From: Gemmatimonadaceae bacterium
GTDB taxonomy: Bacteria; Gemmatimonadota; Gemmatimonadetes; Gemmatimonadales; Gemmatimonadaceae
DNA: 64,000 nt
Direction: 5' to 3'
Assembly (NCBI GenBank): GCA_036557635.1
Contig: DATBHD010000085.1
Location: 213-64,212, forward strand
Part shown: one piece after another, positions 46,440 to 56,264 of the stretch
Position numbering within the stretch: the stretch's first letter is position 1
Layout of the letters: every line of letters starts with the position of its first letter
Notes under the pieces: model-generated
What the model saw: only the letters and a program-made list of their open reading frames with translations
Database searches by the model: none
What the model was told of the DNA's origin: nothing
Translations under genes and position numbers: made by a program

Positions 46440-47438
46440 GTGAGCGCGGATTTCCGCGCGCTCGGCGTCGCCGTCGGTCACGCGACGGACATCGAGGGTG
46501 CGACGGGCGTCACCGTTGTGCGGGGAATCGATGCGCCGCTTCGCGGCGGCGCCACCGTGTTCGGCCGAGCCGCCGGCACGCGCGAGCTCAACACGCTGGC
46601 CGTGGATCATCTGGTCGATCGGATCGACGCCGTGATGCTCACCGGCGGTTCGGCGTACGGTCTCGATGCCGCCGCGGGCGTGATGCGTTGGATGGAGGAG
46701 CGGGGACGCGGCTTCGCCGTGCCGGGAGGAGTCGTGCCGATCGTTCCCGCGGCGGTGATCTTCGATCTCGCGCCACTGGGTCGGTTCGACGCGCGACCGA
46801 CGGTGGCGATGGCATACGATGCATGTGATGTCGCCCGGCCTAACGAGATCGCCGAAGGCTCGATCGGAGCGGGCACCGGCGCGACCGTCGGCAAGATTGC
46901 CGGGCCATCACGGGCGATGAAGGGCGGGATCGGGTGCTCGCTGGAGAGCAATGGCGCCTGGCACGTCGGCGCGATCGCCGTCGTCAACGCGCTCGGCGAC
47001 GTGCGGGACGCGGCCGGGGGGATCATCGCTGGCGCGCGCTCCGACGACGGGCCATCCGCTTCCCGGCGCTTCATCGATACGACGCGCCAGCTCGCGACCG
47101 TCGGTCCGCCGGACTCGCGGCTCGGAGGGCGCTTCGGCGCCCCACTGCCGACGAACACGACGCTCGGCGTCGTCGCGACCGATGCGCCGTTAGGCAGAGC
47201 CGAGCTCACGCAGCTGGCGCGGGCCGCAGCCGCCGCGCTCTTTCGTCGCATCACGCCGACGGGCACGAGCCTGGACGGCGACGTCGTGTTCGCGCTCGCG
47301 CCGGCGGTGCCGCCCGTGCCGCTCGGACACGCGACGATGGCGATCGAGGCGCTCGCCATTGGCGCTCTGGAAGGAGCGATCGAACGCGCCGTGCGCACGG
47401 CGCGCGGCCGCGATGGAGTTCCTGGTCTCGCCGACTAG
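46440..47438 (+). CDS. P1/S58 family peptidase (DmpA/L-aminopeptidase D-esterase-like)
   Basis: 332 aa; VGHATDIEGATGVTVV N-terminus and overall Ntn-hydrolase-like pattern. GTG start. Confidence 0.8.
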   Translation: MSADFRALGVAVGHATDIEGATGVTVVRGIDAPLRGGATVFGRAAGTRELNTLAVDHLVDRIDAVMLTGGSAYGLDAAAGVMRWMEERGRGFAVPGGVVPIVPAAVIFDLAPLGRFDARPTVAMAYDACDVARPNEIAEGSIGAGTGATVGKIAGPSRAMKGGIGCSLESNGAWHVGAIAVVNALGDVRDAAGGIIAGARSDDGPSASRRFIDTTRQLATVGPPDSRLGGRFGAPLPTNTTLGVVATDAPLGRAELTQLARAAAAALFRRITPTGTSLDGDVVFALAPAVPPVPLGHATMAIEALAIGALEGAIERAVRTARGRDGVPGLAD

Positions 47439-48250
47439 TGTCGATCGAAGAATCGAGCTCTCCCAACGCACGTGACCGCGGAGCGATCGCCGTATCGACC
47501 GTGGACTGCGCCGTCGTCACCGCCGCCGTCGCGCCGATGCTTTTCGAGCCGCACGTCGCGAGCGGGCAGGTCTCGCAGCAACTCGCGGGGCACCTGGTGT
47601 CGATCGTCGAGGATCAGGGCGATTGGCTGCTCGCGCGCGGCGGCGACGACTACGAGGGGTGGATGCACCGCGGCTATCTCGCGCGCGGCGCACTCGCCAG
47701 CGACGACCCGGCCCGGCGTGTATCGTTAGGCTGCGTCGTCACCACCGACGCGGGACAGCTCCGCGCATTGCCGCTCCGAGCGATGCTCGCTCCAGGCGAT
47801 CGACTCGAATCGGGCGAGGCGATTCGCGCCGACGAGCTCAGAGATCGCTTCCCGACGGCCGCGGACGCGATCGGCCGGACCGCCGTGGAGCGATTCGTCG
47901 GCACGAGCTATCAGTGGGGGGGCGTGACGCCGTGGGGCGCCGACTGCTCCGGTCTCGTGCAGAGCGTGTTTGCGCTGCACGGCGTGTCGATCCCTCGTGA
48001 TGCGTGGCAGCAGGCGCGCGCCGGTCGGGACGCGGGACGCGACATCCTCGCCGCAAAGCCCGCCGACCTCCTGTTCTTCTCCGATCGAGCCGACGCGCAC
48101 GTCACACACGTGGCGATCGCACTGGGAGCGCGGCGCGTCGTTCACCTCGCTCTCGGGCGAGGGGGGTACGCCGTCGAGCGGCTGGAGGATGCCGACTCAT
48201 ATGTCGCGAAGCTCAGAACCAGGTTTCTCTTCGCGCGCTCGGTGCTGTGA
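47438..48250 (+). CDS. NlpC/P60 (C40) peptidase with N-terminal SH3b-like domain
   Basis: YQWGGVTPWGADCSGLVQSVF catalytic Cys motif and HVAIAL His motif. GTG start overlaps the TAG of the S58 gene by 1 nt. The track ORF's upstream part is out-of-frame overlap. Confidence 0.8.
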   Translation: MSIEESSSPNARDRGAIAVSTVDCAVVTAAVAPMLFEPHVASGQVSQQLAGHLVSIVEDQGDWLLARGGDDYEGWMHRGYLARGALASDDPARRVSLGCVVTTDAGQLRALPLRAMLAPGDRLESGEAIRADELRDRFPTAADAIGRTAVERFVGTSYQWGGVTPWGADCSGLVQSVFALHGVSIPRDAWQQARAGRDAGRDILAAKPADLLFFSDRADAHVTHVAIALGARRVVHLALGRGGYAVERLEDADSYVAKLRTRFLFARSVL

Positions 48251-48682
48251 TCAACTGATCATTGCCTGAGGCGCCACCTTGAGCGGCGTGCGCACTTGCA
48301 GCGGAACGTCGGCGGTGTGATCGGTATCGAGACCGATGGCCATTACGTAGCCTCCCGCGACGTCGATCGGCAGGTCGATCTGCGCGATGAGCGGGAGGTC
48401 CATCTCGCTGATTCCGGGAGGCGGCGCGCCGACGTTCAGCTCACCCGTGCTGTTCCACAGCTCCGTGCCGTTCGGATTGATCCAGCGGAGCGTCACGGTG
48501 TGCGTACCGACATCCAGTTGCGTCCCCTTGAGATGCACGACGAGATGCGCGCGCGGATGCACCGCCGGGAGCGTCGACACCTGCAGCGCGTCGAAGACGC
48601 CGAGGATATTGAGCTTCCCCTCCTGTGAGAGGTTCGCCGCGTCGGCAAAGAGCGCGAAGGACACTTGCATGCTCCGCAACAT
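48251..48682 (-). CDS. hypothetical protein (beta-rich, 143 aa)
   Basis: The only minus-strand ORF among + strand genes. Good GC3 pattern; I recognise no motif. Confidence 0.5.
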   Translation of the reverse strand: MLRSMQVSFALFADAANLSQEGKLNILGVFDALQVSTLPAVHPRAHLVVHLKGTQLDVGTHTVTLRWINPNGTELWNSTGELNVGAPPPGISEMDLPLIAQIDLPIDVAGGYVMAIGLDTDHTADVPLQVRTPLKVAPQAMIS

Positions 48683-48716
48683 AGACGGGCTTCACACGTG
48701 AGTCTACTTTTCCACC

Positions 48717-49697
48717 ATGGCTTCTCCGCTTCGCGGCACGAGGACGCAGATGCCGGCCGACGATGCGCGCCTCACGCGGAGCGAGCAGACAGCGCGTGCG
48801 AGCAGACGGCCGGGTTTCGGCGTCACCGACCTGTCGCTCCTCCTCATGGCGCTCATCTGGGGCGTCAATTACACGTCGGTCAAGTTCGGTACGAGCGTGC
48901 TCGATCCGCTCGCCTTCAACGGCGCGCGCGTCACGCTCGCGGCGGTCTCGCTCGTCATCGTTGCCCATTTCGCAACTCGACTATTCGCGATCGAGACGAC
49001 CGGCTGGCCCACCGCGCGCGACGCCGTCGCCTTGCTGTTGTTGGGAACGCTCGGCAACGGCGTTTATCAAATACTCTTCGTCGAGGGGATCGCGCGGACG
49101 AGGGCTGGTGACGCGGCGCTCCTCATCTCGGCATCGCCGGCGTTCATCGCAATCCTCGGGCGCCTGCGCGGCACCGAGCACGTCACGCCTCGCTCGTTCG
49201 TCGGCATCGCGCTCTCGATTCTCGGCATGGCGCTCGTCGTGATCGGCACGACCAATTCCGGCGGCCAGCGTGCCACCCTCCTCGGCGATTCGTTGTTGCT
49301 CATCAGCGCATTGTGCTGGTCGGTCTATACCGTGTACCTGCAACCCTACACGCACCGTGTCGGCGGCATTCACCTCTCGGCACTGACAATGGTGGGCGGC
49401 ATGGTGCCGCTCGTGCTCGCCGCCGCGCCGGCGCTGCTCGCGACTCACTGGACACAGCTCATGCCGTTGGCGTGGGCGAGCGTCGCGTACAGCGGCCTCT
49501 GTGCGCTGGTGATCGCGTATCTGTTCTGGTACAACGGCGTGCGCGTGCTCGGACCGACGAGGACCGCCATGTACTCGAATCTTCAACCGGTGTTTGCGCT
49601 CGCCGTCGCCTGGCTCGTGCTCGGTGAAACGATCACGGGCTGGCAGATCGCCGGCGCGAGCTCGATCGTCACCGGCCTCCTTCTCACACGCTCGTGA
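48717..49697 (+). CDS. DMT superfamily transporter (two EamA domains)
   Basis: 326 aa, 10 predicted TM helices, EamA-like repeats. Confidence 0.85.
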   Translation: MASPLRGTRTQMPADDARLTRSEQTARASRRPGFGVTDLSLLLMALIWGVNYTSVKFGTSVLDPLAFNGARVTLAAVSLVIVAHFATRLFAIETTGWPTARDAVALLLLGTLGNGVYQILFVEGIARTRAGDAALLISASPAFIAILGRLRGTEHVTPRSFVGIALSILGMALVVIGTTNSGGQRATLLGDSLLLISALCWSVYTVYLQPYTHRVGGIHLSALTMVGGMVPLVLAAAPALLATHWTQLMPLAWASVAYSGLCALVIAYLFWYNGVRVLGPTRTAMYSNLQPVFALAVAWLVLGETITGWQIAGASSIVTGLLLTRS

Positions 49698-50425
49698 CCG
49701 CAGCCGACACTTCCACGCGCAACGCTCCAGGCTCGACGCGTTTGGTCTTGTTCGACATCGATGGCACGCTGCTCTTGACCGACGGCGCGGGGCGTCGCGC
49801 GATTCACCGAGCGCTCATCGAGATCTTCGGCGCCTCTGGACCAGCCGACCATCGCTTCGATGGCAAGACCGATCCACAGATCGTTCGCGAGCTGATGCAC
49901 GTCGTCGGTCACGCGGACGAGCACATCGACTCGCGGATGCAAGAGCTCTTCGGTCTCTACGTGACGTGTCTGCGAGAAGAGTTGCGAGACCCGGAGCATC
50001 TGGCGTCGCCGCTGCCGGGCGTGATCGCACTACTCGATAGACTGGCCGGGCGCGACGAAGTCGCGCTCGGCTTGCTCACTGGTAATCTCGCCGACGGCGC
50101 GCGCGCCAAGCTCGAGGCGGTCGGCATCGATCCGGACATCTTCGTCGTTGGCGCGTATGGCTCCGATCACGAACAGCGCCCCGAGCTTCCAGCCATCGCC
50201 CAACGGCGCGCGCGTGAAGTGCTGGGCATCGACATACCCGGTCACGACGTTGTCGTCATCGGTGACACGCCCGCGGATGTGGAATGCGGGCGCGGCATCG
50301 GCGCCCGCGCGATCGGCGTCGCGACGGGCCGCTACTCGACTGACGTGCTCGCGGCGCATGGAGCCGCCGCCGTTTTTTCCGACCTGTCGAACACGGACGC
50401 CGTCGTGCGAGCGATTCTCGGATGA
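49694..50425 (+). CDS. HAD family hydrolase (phosphoglycolate phosphatase-like)
   Basis: LVLFDIDGTLL motif I and GDTPADV motif IV. GTGA overlap upstream and ATGA overlap downstream. Confidence 0.85.
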   Translation: MTAADTSTRNAPGSTRLVLFDIDGTLLLTDGAGRRAIHRALIEIFGASGPADHRFDGKTDPQIVRELMHVVGHADEHIDSRMQELFGLYVTCLREELRDPEHLASPLPGVIALLDRLAGRDEVALGLLTGNLADGARAKLEAVGIDPDIFVVGAYGSDHEQRPELPAIAQRRAREVLGIDIPGHDVVVIGDTPADVECGRGIGARAIGVATGRYSTDVLAAHGAAAVFSDLSNTDAVVRAILG

Positions 50426-51024
50426 TCGAGGTCGAGCTCAAGGCGGTCATCCCCGACCTCGTCGCGTCGCGTCGCCGTGTCGAGCAAGGCGGCGGCCGGC
50501 TCAGCTTCGCCGGCCGGCTCGAAGATCGTCGTTATGATCGGCGTGATTTGAGCCTCGCCCAGCGGGATCACGTGCTGCGCATTCGCGTGTACCGCGACCC
50601 CTCCGGCGCCATGAGCAGCGCGTCGGTGGACTTCAAGGGCCCTTCGTCCGTCGCCGAGGGCTACAAACGGCGCGACGAGATCAGCAGCGCGATCGCCGGA
50701 AGTCCCGAAGACTTCGCGCGGATTCTCGAGCAACTCGGATTCATCGTCACGATGCAGATCGATCGCGAGATCTGGCAGTACGATTTCAGCGGCGCCGCCA
50801 TTCGATTCGAGCGCTATCCGCGCATGGACGATCTCGTGGAGGTCGAGGGCGCGCCGGCGGCGATCGAGAAGGCGATCGGCGTCCTCGCACTCCCGCGGGA
50901 ATCGTTCACCGGAGAGCGCTTGCCCGATTTCGTGCGCCGATTCGAGTCGCGCACCGGTCGCGATGCGGCGTTGAGCGACGCCGAGCTGGCCGGTGCGGTA
51001 CGTTACGACGTCAGCAACGCGTGA
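50422..51024 (+). CDS. CYTH domain protein (class IV adenylyl cyclase / triphosphate tunnel metalloenzyme)
   Basis: N-terminal MIEVELK (ExExK signature); 200 aa. Confidence 0.8.
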   Translation: MIEVELKAVIPDLVASRRRVEQGGGRLSFAGRLEDRRYDRRDLSLAQRDHVLRIRVYRDPSGAMSSASVDFKGPSSVAEGYKRRDEISSAIAGSPEDFARILEQLGFIVTMQIDREIWQYDFSGAAIRFERYPRMDDLVEVEGAPAAIEKAIGVLALPRESFTGERLPDFVRRFESRTGRDAALSDAELAGAVRYDVSNA

Positions 51025-51037
51025 CGTGATCGCGATC

Positions 51038-51571
51038 ATGCCCCAGCTTCCCTTCGACGACCTCCCGGAGTTGATGCTGTCCCTTCGCAGCATCGGCTCG
51101 CGGCGCAGCTGGCCTAACGAGCAACCGGCGCTGCGAGAAGAGCAGGAGCGCCTCTTCGCGCCGCTGCTCGACGCGCGTCGTGCGGCGGCCAAGGCGGTGA
51201 CGCGCCCCCAGGTCGTAGCGGCGTTCGACGCGCGCCGTCTCACCGCGCTGATCGACGCGGCCATCCGAGGATTTGCGTCGGATCGATTCGCCGCCCGCGT
51301 TTCGGCGCGACGCGCCTTCGAGGCCGAGCTGTTCGAGATCGTCGAGCCCCTGCGCGACGCGATGCAATCGCTTCGATCGCTCGCCGAACAGCCGCTCGGC
51401 GCGGAAGAATCTCCCGAGCAACGCGAGAAATGGTCCCTCTGGCTGGCCCAGCTGCAGGTCGTTTTCCGCGCCGCCGACTCCTGCTGGCCCGCGCTCGCCG
51501 CGGCGCTCGCTTCATCTCCTCCGCAGCAGGGCGGCTTGCGACGTCCTTCGGGGGGAGGCGAACGCCGGTGA
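51038..51571 (+). CDS. hypothetical helical protein
   Basis: 177 aa from the ATG at 51038 (MPQLPFDDL...). Stop overlaps the acpS GTG. No recognised motif. Confidence 0.5.
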   Translation: MPQLPFDDLPELMLSLRSIGSRRSWPNEQPALREEQERLFAPLLDARRAAAKAVTRPQVVAAFDARRLTALIDAAIRGFASDRFAARVSARRAFEAELFEIVEPLRDAMQSLRSLAEQPLGAEESPEQREKWSLWLAQLQVVFRAADSCWPALAAALASSPPQQGGLRRPSGGGERR

Positions 51572-51954
51572 TCCTCGGGATCGGCGTCGATATCGTCGAG
51601 ATCGACCGCATGCGGCAGATGCTCGACGTGAGCGGCGAGCGCCTCATCGACCGAATCTTCACCGACGGCGAGGCACGTTACGCCCTCGCCCGCGTGGAGC
51701 CCGCCCTCCACTTTGCGGCCAGGGCCGCGGCCAAGGAGGCGACGTACAAGGCGCTGTCGGGCAATCATCTAGCGCGCGCCGTGGGGTGGAAGGAGATCGA
51801 GGTTTGCCTGCGCGAGGACGGCGCTCCCTATCTCGTCCTTCACGGAAGGGCGCAAGAGCGAGCCACGGAGATGGGGGTGAGCCGATCGCTGGTGTCGCTG
51901 ACTCACAGCAAGAGCGCCGCTGTGGCCGTCGTCGTGCTTGAACGTGAGCCGTAG
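51568..51954 (+). CDS. acpS: holo-[acyl-carrier-protein] synthase
   Basis: VILGIGVDIVEIDRM...FAAKEATYKAL...SLTHS pattern. GTG start in a GTGA overlap. Confidence 0.85.
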   Translation: MILGIGVDIVEIDRMRQMLDVSGERLIDRIFTDGEARYALARVEPALHFAARAAAKEATYKALSGNHLARAVGWKEIEVCLREDGAPYLVLHGRAQERATEMGVSRSLVSLTHSKSAAVAVVVLEREP

Positions 51955-52003
51955 ACTTCCCAGCCTACTGACAATCGGGCAATCCCGATACATTTTATCG
52001 GCA

Positions 52004-54199
52004 ATGATTCGTGTCCTGATCCGTCGGTCTTGGCTTCTTGCCGCAGTCGCAGCCGTCGTTTGCACCTCCGCCCCCGCACGGGCGCAGGAGCACCCGGTGA
52101 AGCGAGTTGCAAACATCGTCACGGTTGCCCTGGAGGAATACGCCAAGGGCATCGACGAACATGGCCGGCTGATCTCCGCCCAGGAGTACCAGGAAGCGGT
52201 GGACTTCCTTGCCGACGCGCGACACGCCGCCGAACGACTGCCCGGAACAGGCGGAGACACGGCGCGCGTTCTGCTCGATTCCATCGTCGCCGCGATCGGC
52301 AAGAAGTTGCCGCCGAGCGAGCTCGTCGGCCTGCATCATCGGTTCGACCGTGCGTTAGGCAGCGAAGCCGCGCTCGAGTTGCCGAACGGCCCGATCGACG
52401 TCGCCGCGGGGCGAGCGATTTACGAAAAGACCTGCGCCTCCTGTCATGGCATGCGCGGGATGGGTGACGGACCGGCCGCCGCCGGGCTCAATCCAAAGCC
52501 GCCGGCGATTGGCAGCGCGAAGGAGATGCACGAGCGAAGTCCAGCGCTGCTCTACCGGATCATGTCGGTGGGCGTTGCCGGTACACCCATGGCCGGCTTC
52601 GCCAATCAGCTGACGCCGAATGAACGCTGGAACGTCGTGTCGTATCTGACGTCGCTTCGGTCGAGCACAACCGAAATCGCCGAAGGGGAGGGGCTCTTCG
52701 CGCAACGATGCACTCAGTGTCACGGAGTGCTCGGGAGCGGCGAAACCCCGCTCACGCGGACGTTGAGCCGCGTGCCTCCGGAGATTGGAGCGTTCGGCTG
52801 GCAGGCGGAGCGTTCGGACGCGCAGCTCGCCAGTGTCGTCCGCGACGGCATGGCCGGCTCACCGATGCCGCCGGCGCACGATCTCACGCCGGCGCAGGTG
52901 CAGAGCGTGGTCGCGTATCTGCGCACGCTGCCCCTGCGCGAGCGATCGACGACTACCGTCGCGTCCGCGGGTCGCGATAGCGGCGCCGATGCCGCCGCCG
53001 CAAACGCGCTCTCCCTGCTCGAGCAGTCGCTGACGGCCTACCGCGCCGGACGACTCAGCGACGCCTCCGATCGTGCCTTCGATGCCTATCTCGCCTTCGA
53101 GCCGATCGAGACGCCGGCGCGGGCGCGCGATCCGGGAGTCGTGTCGTCGATGGAGAAGCTGTTCGCCGATTTCAAGGGGGCGGTACGCGCCAATGACATC
53201 CGCGGCGCCGAGCGCGCGCGCGATGCCATCGAGGCGACGATGCCCAAGGTCGTCGACCTCACCCAAAGAACGGGAAGCGGCTCCGAAGCCTTCGTTCAGT
53301 CTTTTCTAATCATCCTGCGCGAAGGGTTCGAGGCGATCCTCGTCATCGGCGCCGTCGTCGCCTTCCTGCTCAAAACGGGTCATCGCGAGCGGCTCCGCGA
53401 CATCTGGTGGGGCGTCGCGGTCGGCCTGCTCGCGAGCGCCGTGACCGCCGTCGTTCTGAAAACGGTATTGGGCGCGATGCCGGCCAGCCGCGAGATCATC
53501 GAAGGCCTCACGCTGCTGGTTGCCGTCGCCGTGCTGTTCTCGGTGAGCTATTGGCTGATCTCGCGCGTCGAGGCGGCGAAGTGGCAGCAGTTCATCCGCG
53601 AGAAGGTGAATAACGCGCTCGCGCACGGCGGCGGAAAGGCGCTCGCGTTCGTGGCGTTCCTCGCCGTGTATCGTGAAGGCGCGGAGACCGCGCTCTTCTA
53701 TCAGGCCCTGTTCGACGAAGGGCCGCGCGTCGCGTTGCCGATCACGCTCGGGCTGGTGCTGGGCTTCGCCGCGCTCGCCGTGATTTTCGTCCTGTTCTAT
53801 CGCTACGGTGTGCGCATTCCGCTGCGCCCCTTCTTCAGTGTGACGAGCGTGCTGCTCTACTACATGGCGTTCGTCTTCATCGGGAAGGGGGTGCGCGAGT
53901 TGCAAGAAGGGAACGCGATGCCGATCACGCTCATTCCAGGCTTCCCGCACATCGAAGCGTTAGGCGTGTACCCAACCTGGCAGACCGTTCTCGCGCAGCT
54001 GCTGCTCCTGGCGCTATTTGTGTTCGCGCTCGCGAAAACGTTCTGGCCCAAACGCTCGGTGGCATTGCCAACGGTGCCACCCGACGCGAAGCCGGCGACG
54101 GATATCGCGGGAGAGTTGGCGGCGCTGCGCCAGGACAACGAGCGCCTCCGGGAACGGCTGGCCGCGCTCGAGGATTCGGTGGCCCAGGAAGCCAAATAG
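52004..54199 (+). CDS. cytochrome c (two CxxCH) fused to an FTR1-family iron permease
   Basis: Signal peptide, heme motifs CASCHG and CTQCHG, then the FTR1 motifs REGFEAILV and REGAETALF within multiple TM helices. Confidence 0.8.
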   Translation: MIRVLIRRSWLLAAVAAVVCTSAPARAQEHPVKRVANIVTVALEEYAKGIDEHGRLISAQEYQEAVDFLADARHAAERLPGTGGDTARVLLDSIVAAIGKKLPPSELVGLHHRFDRALGSEAALELPNGPIDVAAGRAIYEKTCASCHGMRGMGDGPAAAGLNPKPPAIGSAKEMHERSPALLYRIMSVGVAGTPMAGFANQLTPNERWNVVSYLTSLRSSTTEIAEGEGLFAQRCTQCHGVLGSGETPLTRTLSRVPPEIGAFGWQAERSDAQLASVVRDGMAGSPMPPAHDLTPAQVQSVVAYLRTLPLRERSTTTVASAGRDSGADAAAANALSLLEQSLTAYRAGRLSDASDRAFDAYLAFEPIETPARARDPGVVSSMEKLFADFKGAVRANDIRGAERARDAIEATMPKVVDLTQRTGSGSEAFVQSFLIILREGFEAILVIGAVVAFLLKTGHRERLRDIWWGVAVGLLASAVTAVVLKTVLGAMPASREIIEGLTLLVAVAVLFSVSYWLISRVEAAKWQQFIREKVNNALAHGGGKALAFVAFLAVYREGAETALFYQALFDEGPRVALPITLGLVLGFAALAVIFVLFYRYGVRIPLRPFFSVTSVLLYYMAFVFIGKGVRELQEGNAMPITLIPGFPHIEALGVYPTWQTVLAQLLLLALFVFALAKTFWPKRSVALPTVPPDAKPATDIAGELAALRQDNERLRERLAALEDSVAQEAK

Positions 54200-54212
54200 C
54201 TGCGAGCGGCTC

Positions 54213-54239
54213 GTGGCGAGGTGGAAAGAAGCTCGCCAC
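54213..54239. terminator. hairpin between convergent genes
   Basis: GTGGCGAG / CTCGCCAC 8-bp stem with an 11-nt loop, between the stops at 54199 (+) and 54246 (-). Confidence 0.4.
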
Positions 54240-54245
54240 TTGCCA

Positions 54246-55109
54246 CTAGGCACTTACGACTCGAGCGGCATGGATGCCTGGCTTCTCCGTAGTCACGTCG
54301 CGCCGCCAGCGCATCCAGGCGAAGCCGATGAACACGAACGCGATTGCGAACAGCTGCGCCGTCGAAAGACCGCCCGCATAGCTGAAGCGGTCATCCTTCG
54401 CGCGCAGGAACTCGACGAGAAATCGTTCGATTCCGGCGAACACGCAGTAGACACCGAACAGCCAGCCCTCGGCGTGCTTGTGATCGCGCATGCGCCACAG
54501 GATGGCGAACATGAGAAGGCCGAGCGCGACCTCGATGAGCTGCGTCGGATAGACGGCGACGACAGTATTCGGAGCCATGCCTGGTGGGAAGCGCACACCG
54601 AAATCGTGACTCATCCAGCCCACGGTCGACGGGGGCGAGCCCTGGGGGAACTCGACGGAGAGAAAGCCGCCCGGCCATGGCTTGCCGTAATCGTCGCCAA
54701 CGGCCCAACAGCCGGTGCGTCCGACGGCGTAGGCGGCCGCTACCGCGGGCGCGCCGACATCGAAGATTCGCAACATTGGAATCTTCTTTTTCCATATCAC
54801 GAGCATCACCGCGAGTGTTCCGCCGATGAGCCCACCCCAGAACACGAAGCCGGCGCGAGCGAACAACGCGTCCCAATTCCCCAAAACGACGACGTAGTAA
54901 AGCTTCGCGCCGAGGAGGCCGCCGATGACGGCGGCGAAGATCATGTCGCTCACCGGCTCGGGATCGTGGCCGCGGCGCGTCAGCTCGCGCTGCGCGATGA
55001 GCTGCGCAACGACGAAAGCCATCAACACGGCGACGCCGAACCCGGTGAAGGTCAGCGGGCCGACCGTGTAAGAAAGCGGGTGGTGGACGATTGGATTGAG
55101 GAGCGTCAT
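54246..55109 (-). CDS. lgt: prolipoprotein diacylglyceryl transferase
   Basis: 287 aa; typical Lgt TM pattern and GRTGCW/GGLIGG motifs. Confidence 0.9.
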   Translation of the reverse strand: MTLLNPIVHHPLSYTVGPLTFTGFGVAVLMAFVVAQLIAQRELTRRGHDPEPVSDMIFAAVIGGLLGAKLYYVVVLGNWDALFARAGFVFWGGLIGGTLAVMLVIWKKKIPMLRIFDVGAPAVAAAYAVGRTGCWAVGDDYGKPWPGGFLSVEFPQGSPPSTVGWMSHDFGVRFPPGMAPNTVVAVYPTQLIEVALGLLMFAILWRMRDHKHAEGWLFGVYCVFAGIERFLVEFLRAKDDRFSYAGGLSTAQLFAIAFVFIGFAWMRWRRDVTTEKPGIHAARVVSA

Positions 55110-55203
55110 GTGCGTGCAGGCAGTCTAATAGGCGAAAGGAGCAGGAGCGAGCGCACGGCGCGAGCGACCTCGAAGAAGCTGTCGCGATCGTCGGCGAGCG
55201 ACT

Positions 55204-56256
55204 CTAGTCGGCGAGCCCCGGAAGTGGGAGCGATGCGAACGCATTGAGGTCCAGCGCCGAGCGTTCGCCGCGCTCCAGATGAAACAGGCCGGCGCGTGCG
55301 ATCATTGCCGCATTGTCCGTCGCAAGCCGCGCGCTCGGCGCAAACACGCGCGCGCCGAGCGTCGCGCAGCGCTCTTGCATTGCAGCAACGAGCGTGCGAT
55401 TGCCGGCGACGCCTCCGCCGAGCACGACACGCTCGCGCTCGAAGTGGCGCACCGCGCGCGCGGTCTTCTCGACGAGCGTCTCGATGAGCGCATCCTGAAA
55501 GGCTCGCGCGATCGACGCTCGCGACGCGGGCGTGAGGGGCGTCGTTTCACGAACGGCATTCAGCACCGCCGTTTTCAATCCGCTGAACGAGACGTCGTAG
55601 TAGTCGGCGTCTCCGGGGCGCTGATCGCGTCGAAGCATCGGGCGGGCGAAGCGATAGCCACCGCTCTTGCTTTTCACGCCGTCGCCACCTGCCTCACGCT
55701 CGATCGCCGGACCTCCGGGGTACGGCAGGCCGAGCAGCTTCGCGACTTTGTCGAAGGCCTCACCCGCGGCGTCGTCACGCGTGCGGCCCAGCAAGCGATA
55801 GCGTCCCCATGCCTCGACGTCGAGCAACAGCGTATGGCCGCCGGAAACGAGGAGCGCCGTGAAGGGCGGCACCGCGTCGCGCTCCTCGAGCGCGGTCGCG
55901 AAAAGATGTCCCTCCATGTGATGCACGCCGATGAGCGGGGTATCGAGAGCGTACGCCAACGCCTTGGCGAAGCTCACGCCGACGAGTAGCGCGCCAACGA
56001 GCCCCGGGCCATTGGTGACGGCGACTGCCTCGACCTGCTCGCGAGTCACATGGGAATCGCTCAGGGCTCGCTCGACGATCGGCACGAGGGCGGTGACATG
56101 TGCCCGTGACGCGATCTCCGGCACGACGCCGCCGAAGATGCGATGGACGTCTTGCGAGAGGATGACGAGAGACTCAACGGCCGCTTCGTCGCCGGCACCG
56201 GTGACGACAGCCGCCGACGTCTCGTCGCACGACGTCTCGATGCCAAGGACCCGCAT
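55204..56256 (-). CDS. tsaD: tRNA N6-adenosine threonylcarbamoyltransferase
   Basis: MRVLGIETSCDETSAAVV N-terminus and HMEGH metal site. 350 aa from the ATG at 56256; the track ORF's 5' extension overlaps the next gene out of frame. Confidence 0.9.
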   Translation of the reverse strand: MRVLGIETSCDETSAAVVTGAGDEAAVESLVILSQDVHRIFGGVVPEIASRAHVTALVPIVERALSDSHVTREQVEAVAVTNGPGLVGALLVGVSFAKALAYALDTPLIGVHHMEGHLFATALEERDAVPPFTALLVSGGHTLLLDVEAWGRYRLLGRTRDDAAGEAFDKVAKLLGLPYPGGPAIEREAGGDGVKSKSGGYRFARPMLRRDQRPGDADYYDVSFSGLKTAVLNAVRETTPLTPASRASIARAFQDALIETLVEKTARAVRHFERERVVLGGGVAGNRTLVAAMQERCATLGARVFAPSARLATDNAAMIARAGLFHLERGERSALDLNAFASLPLPGLAD

Positions 56257-56264
56257 GGTCGTCG

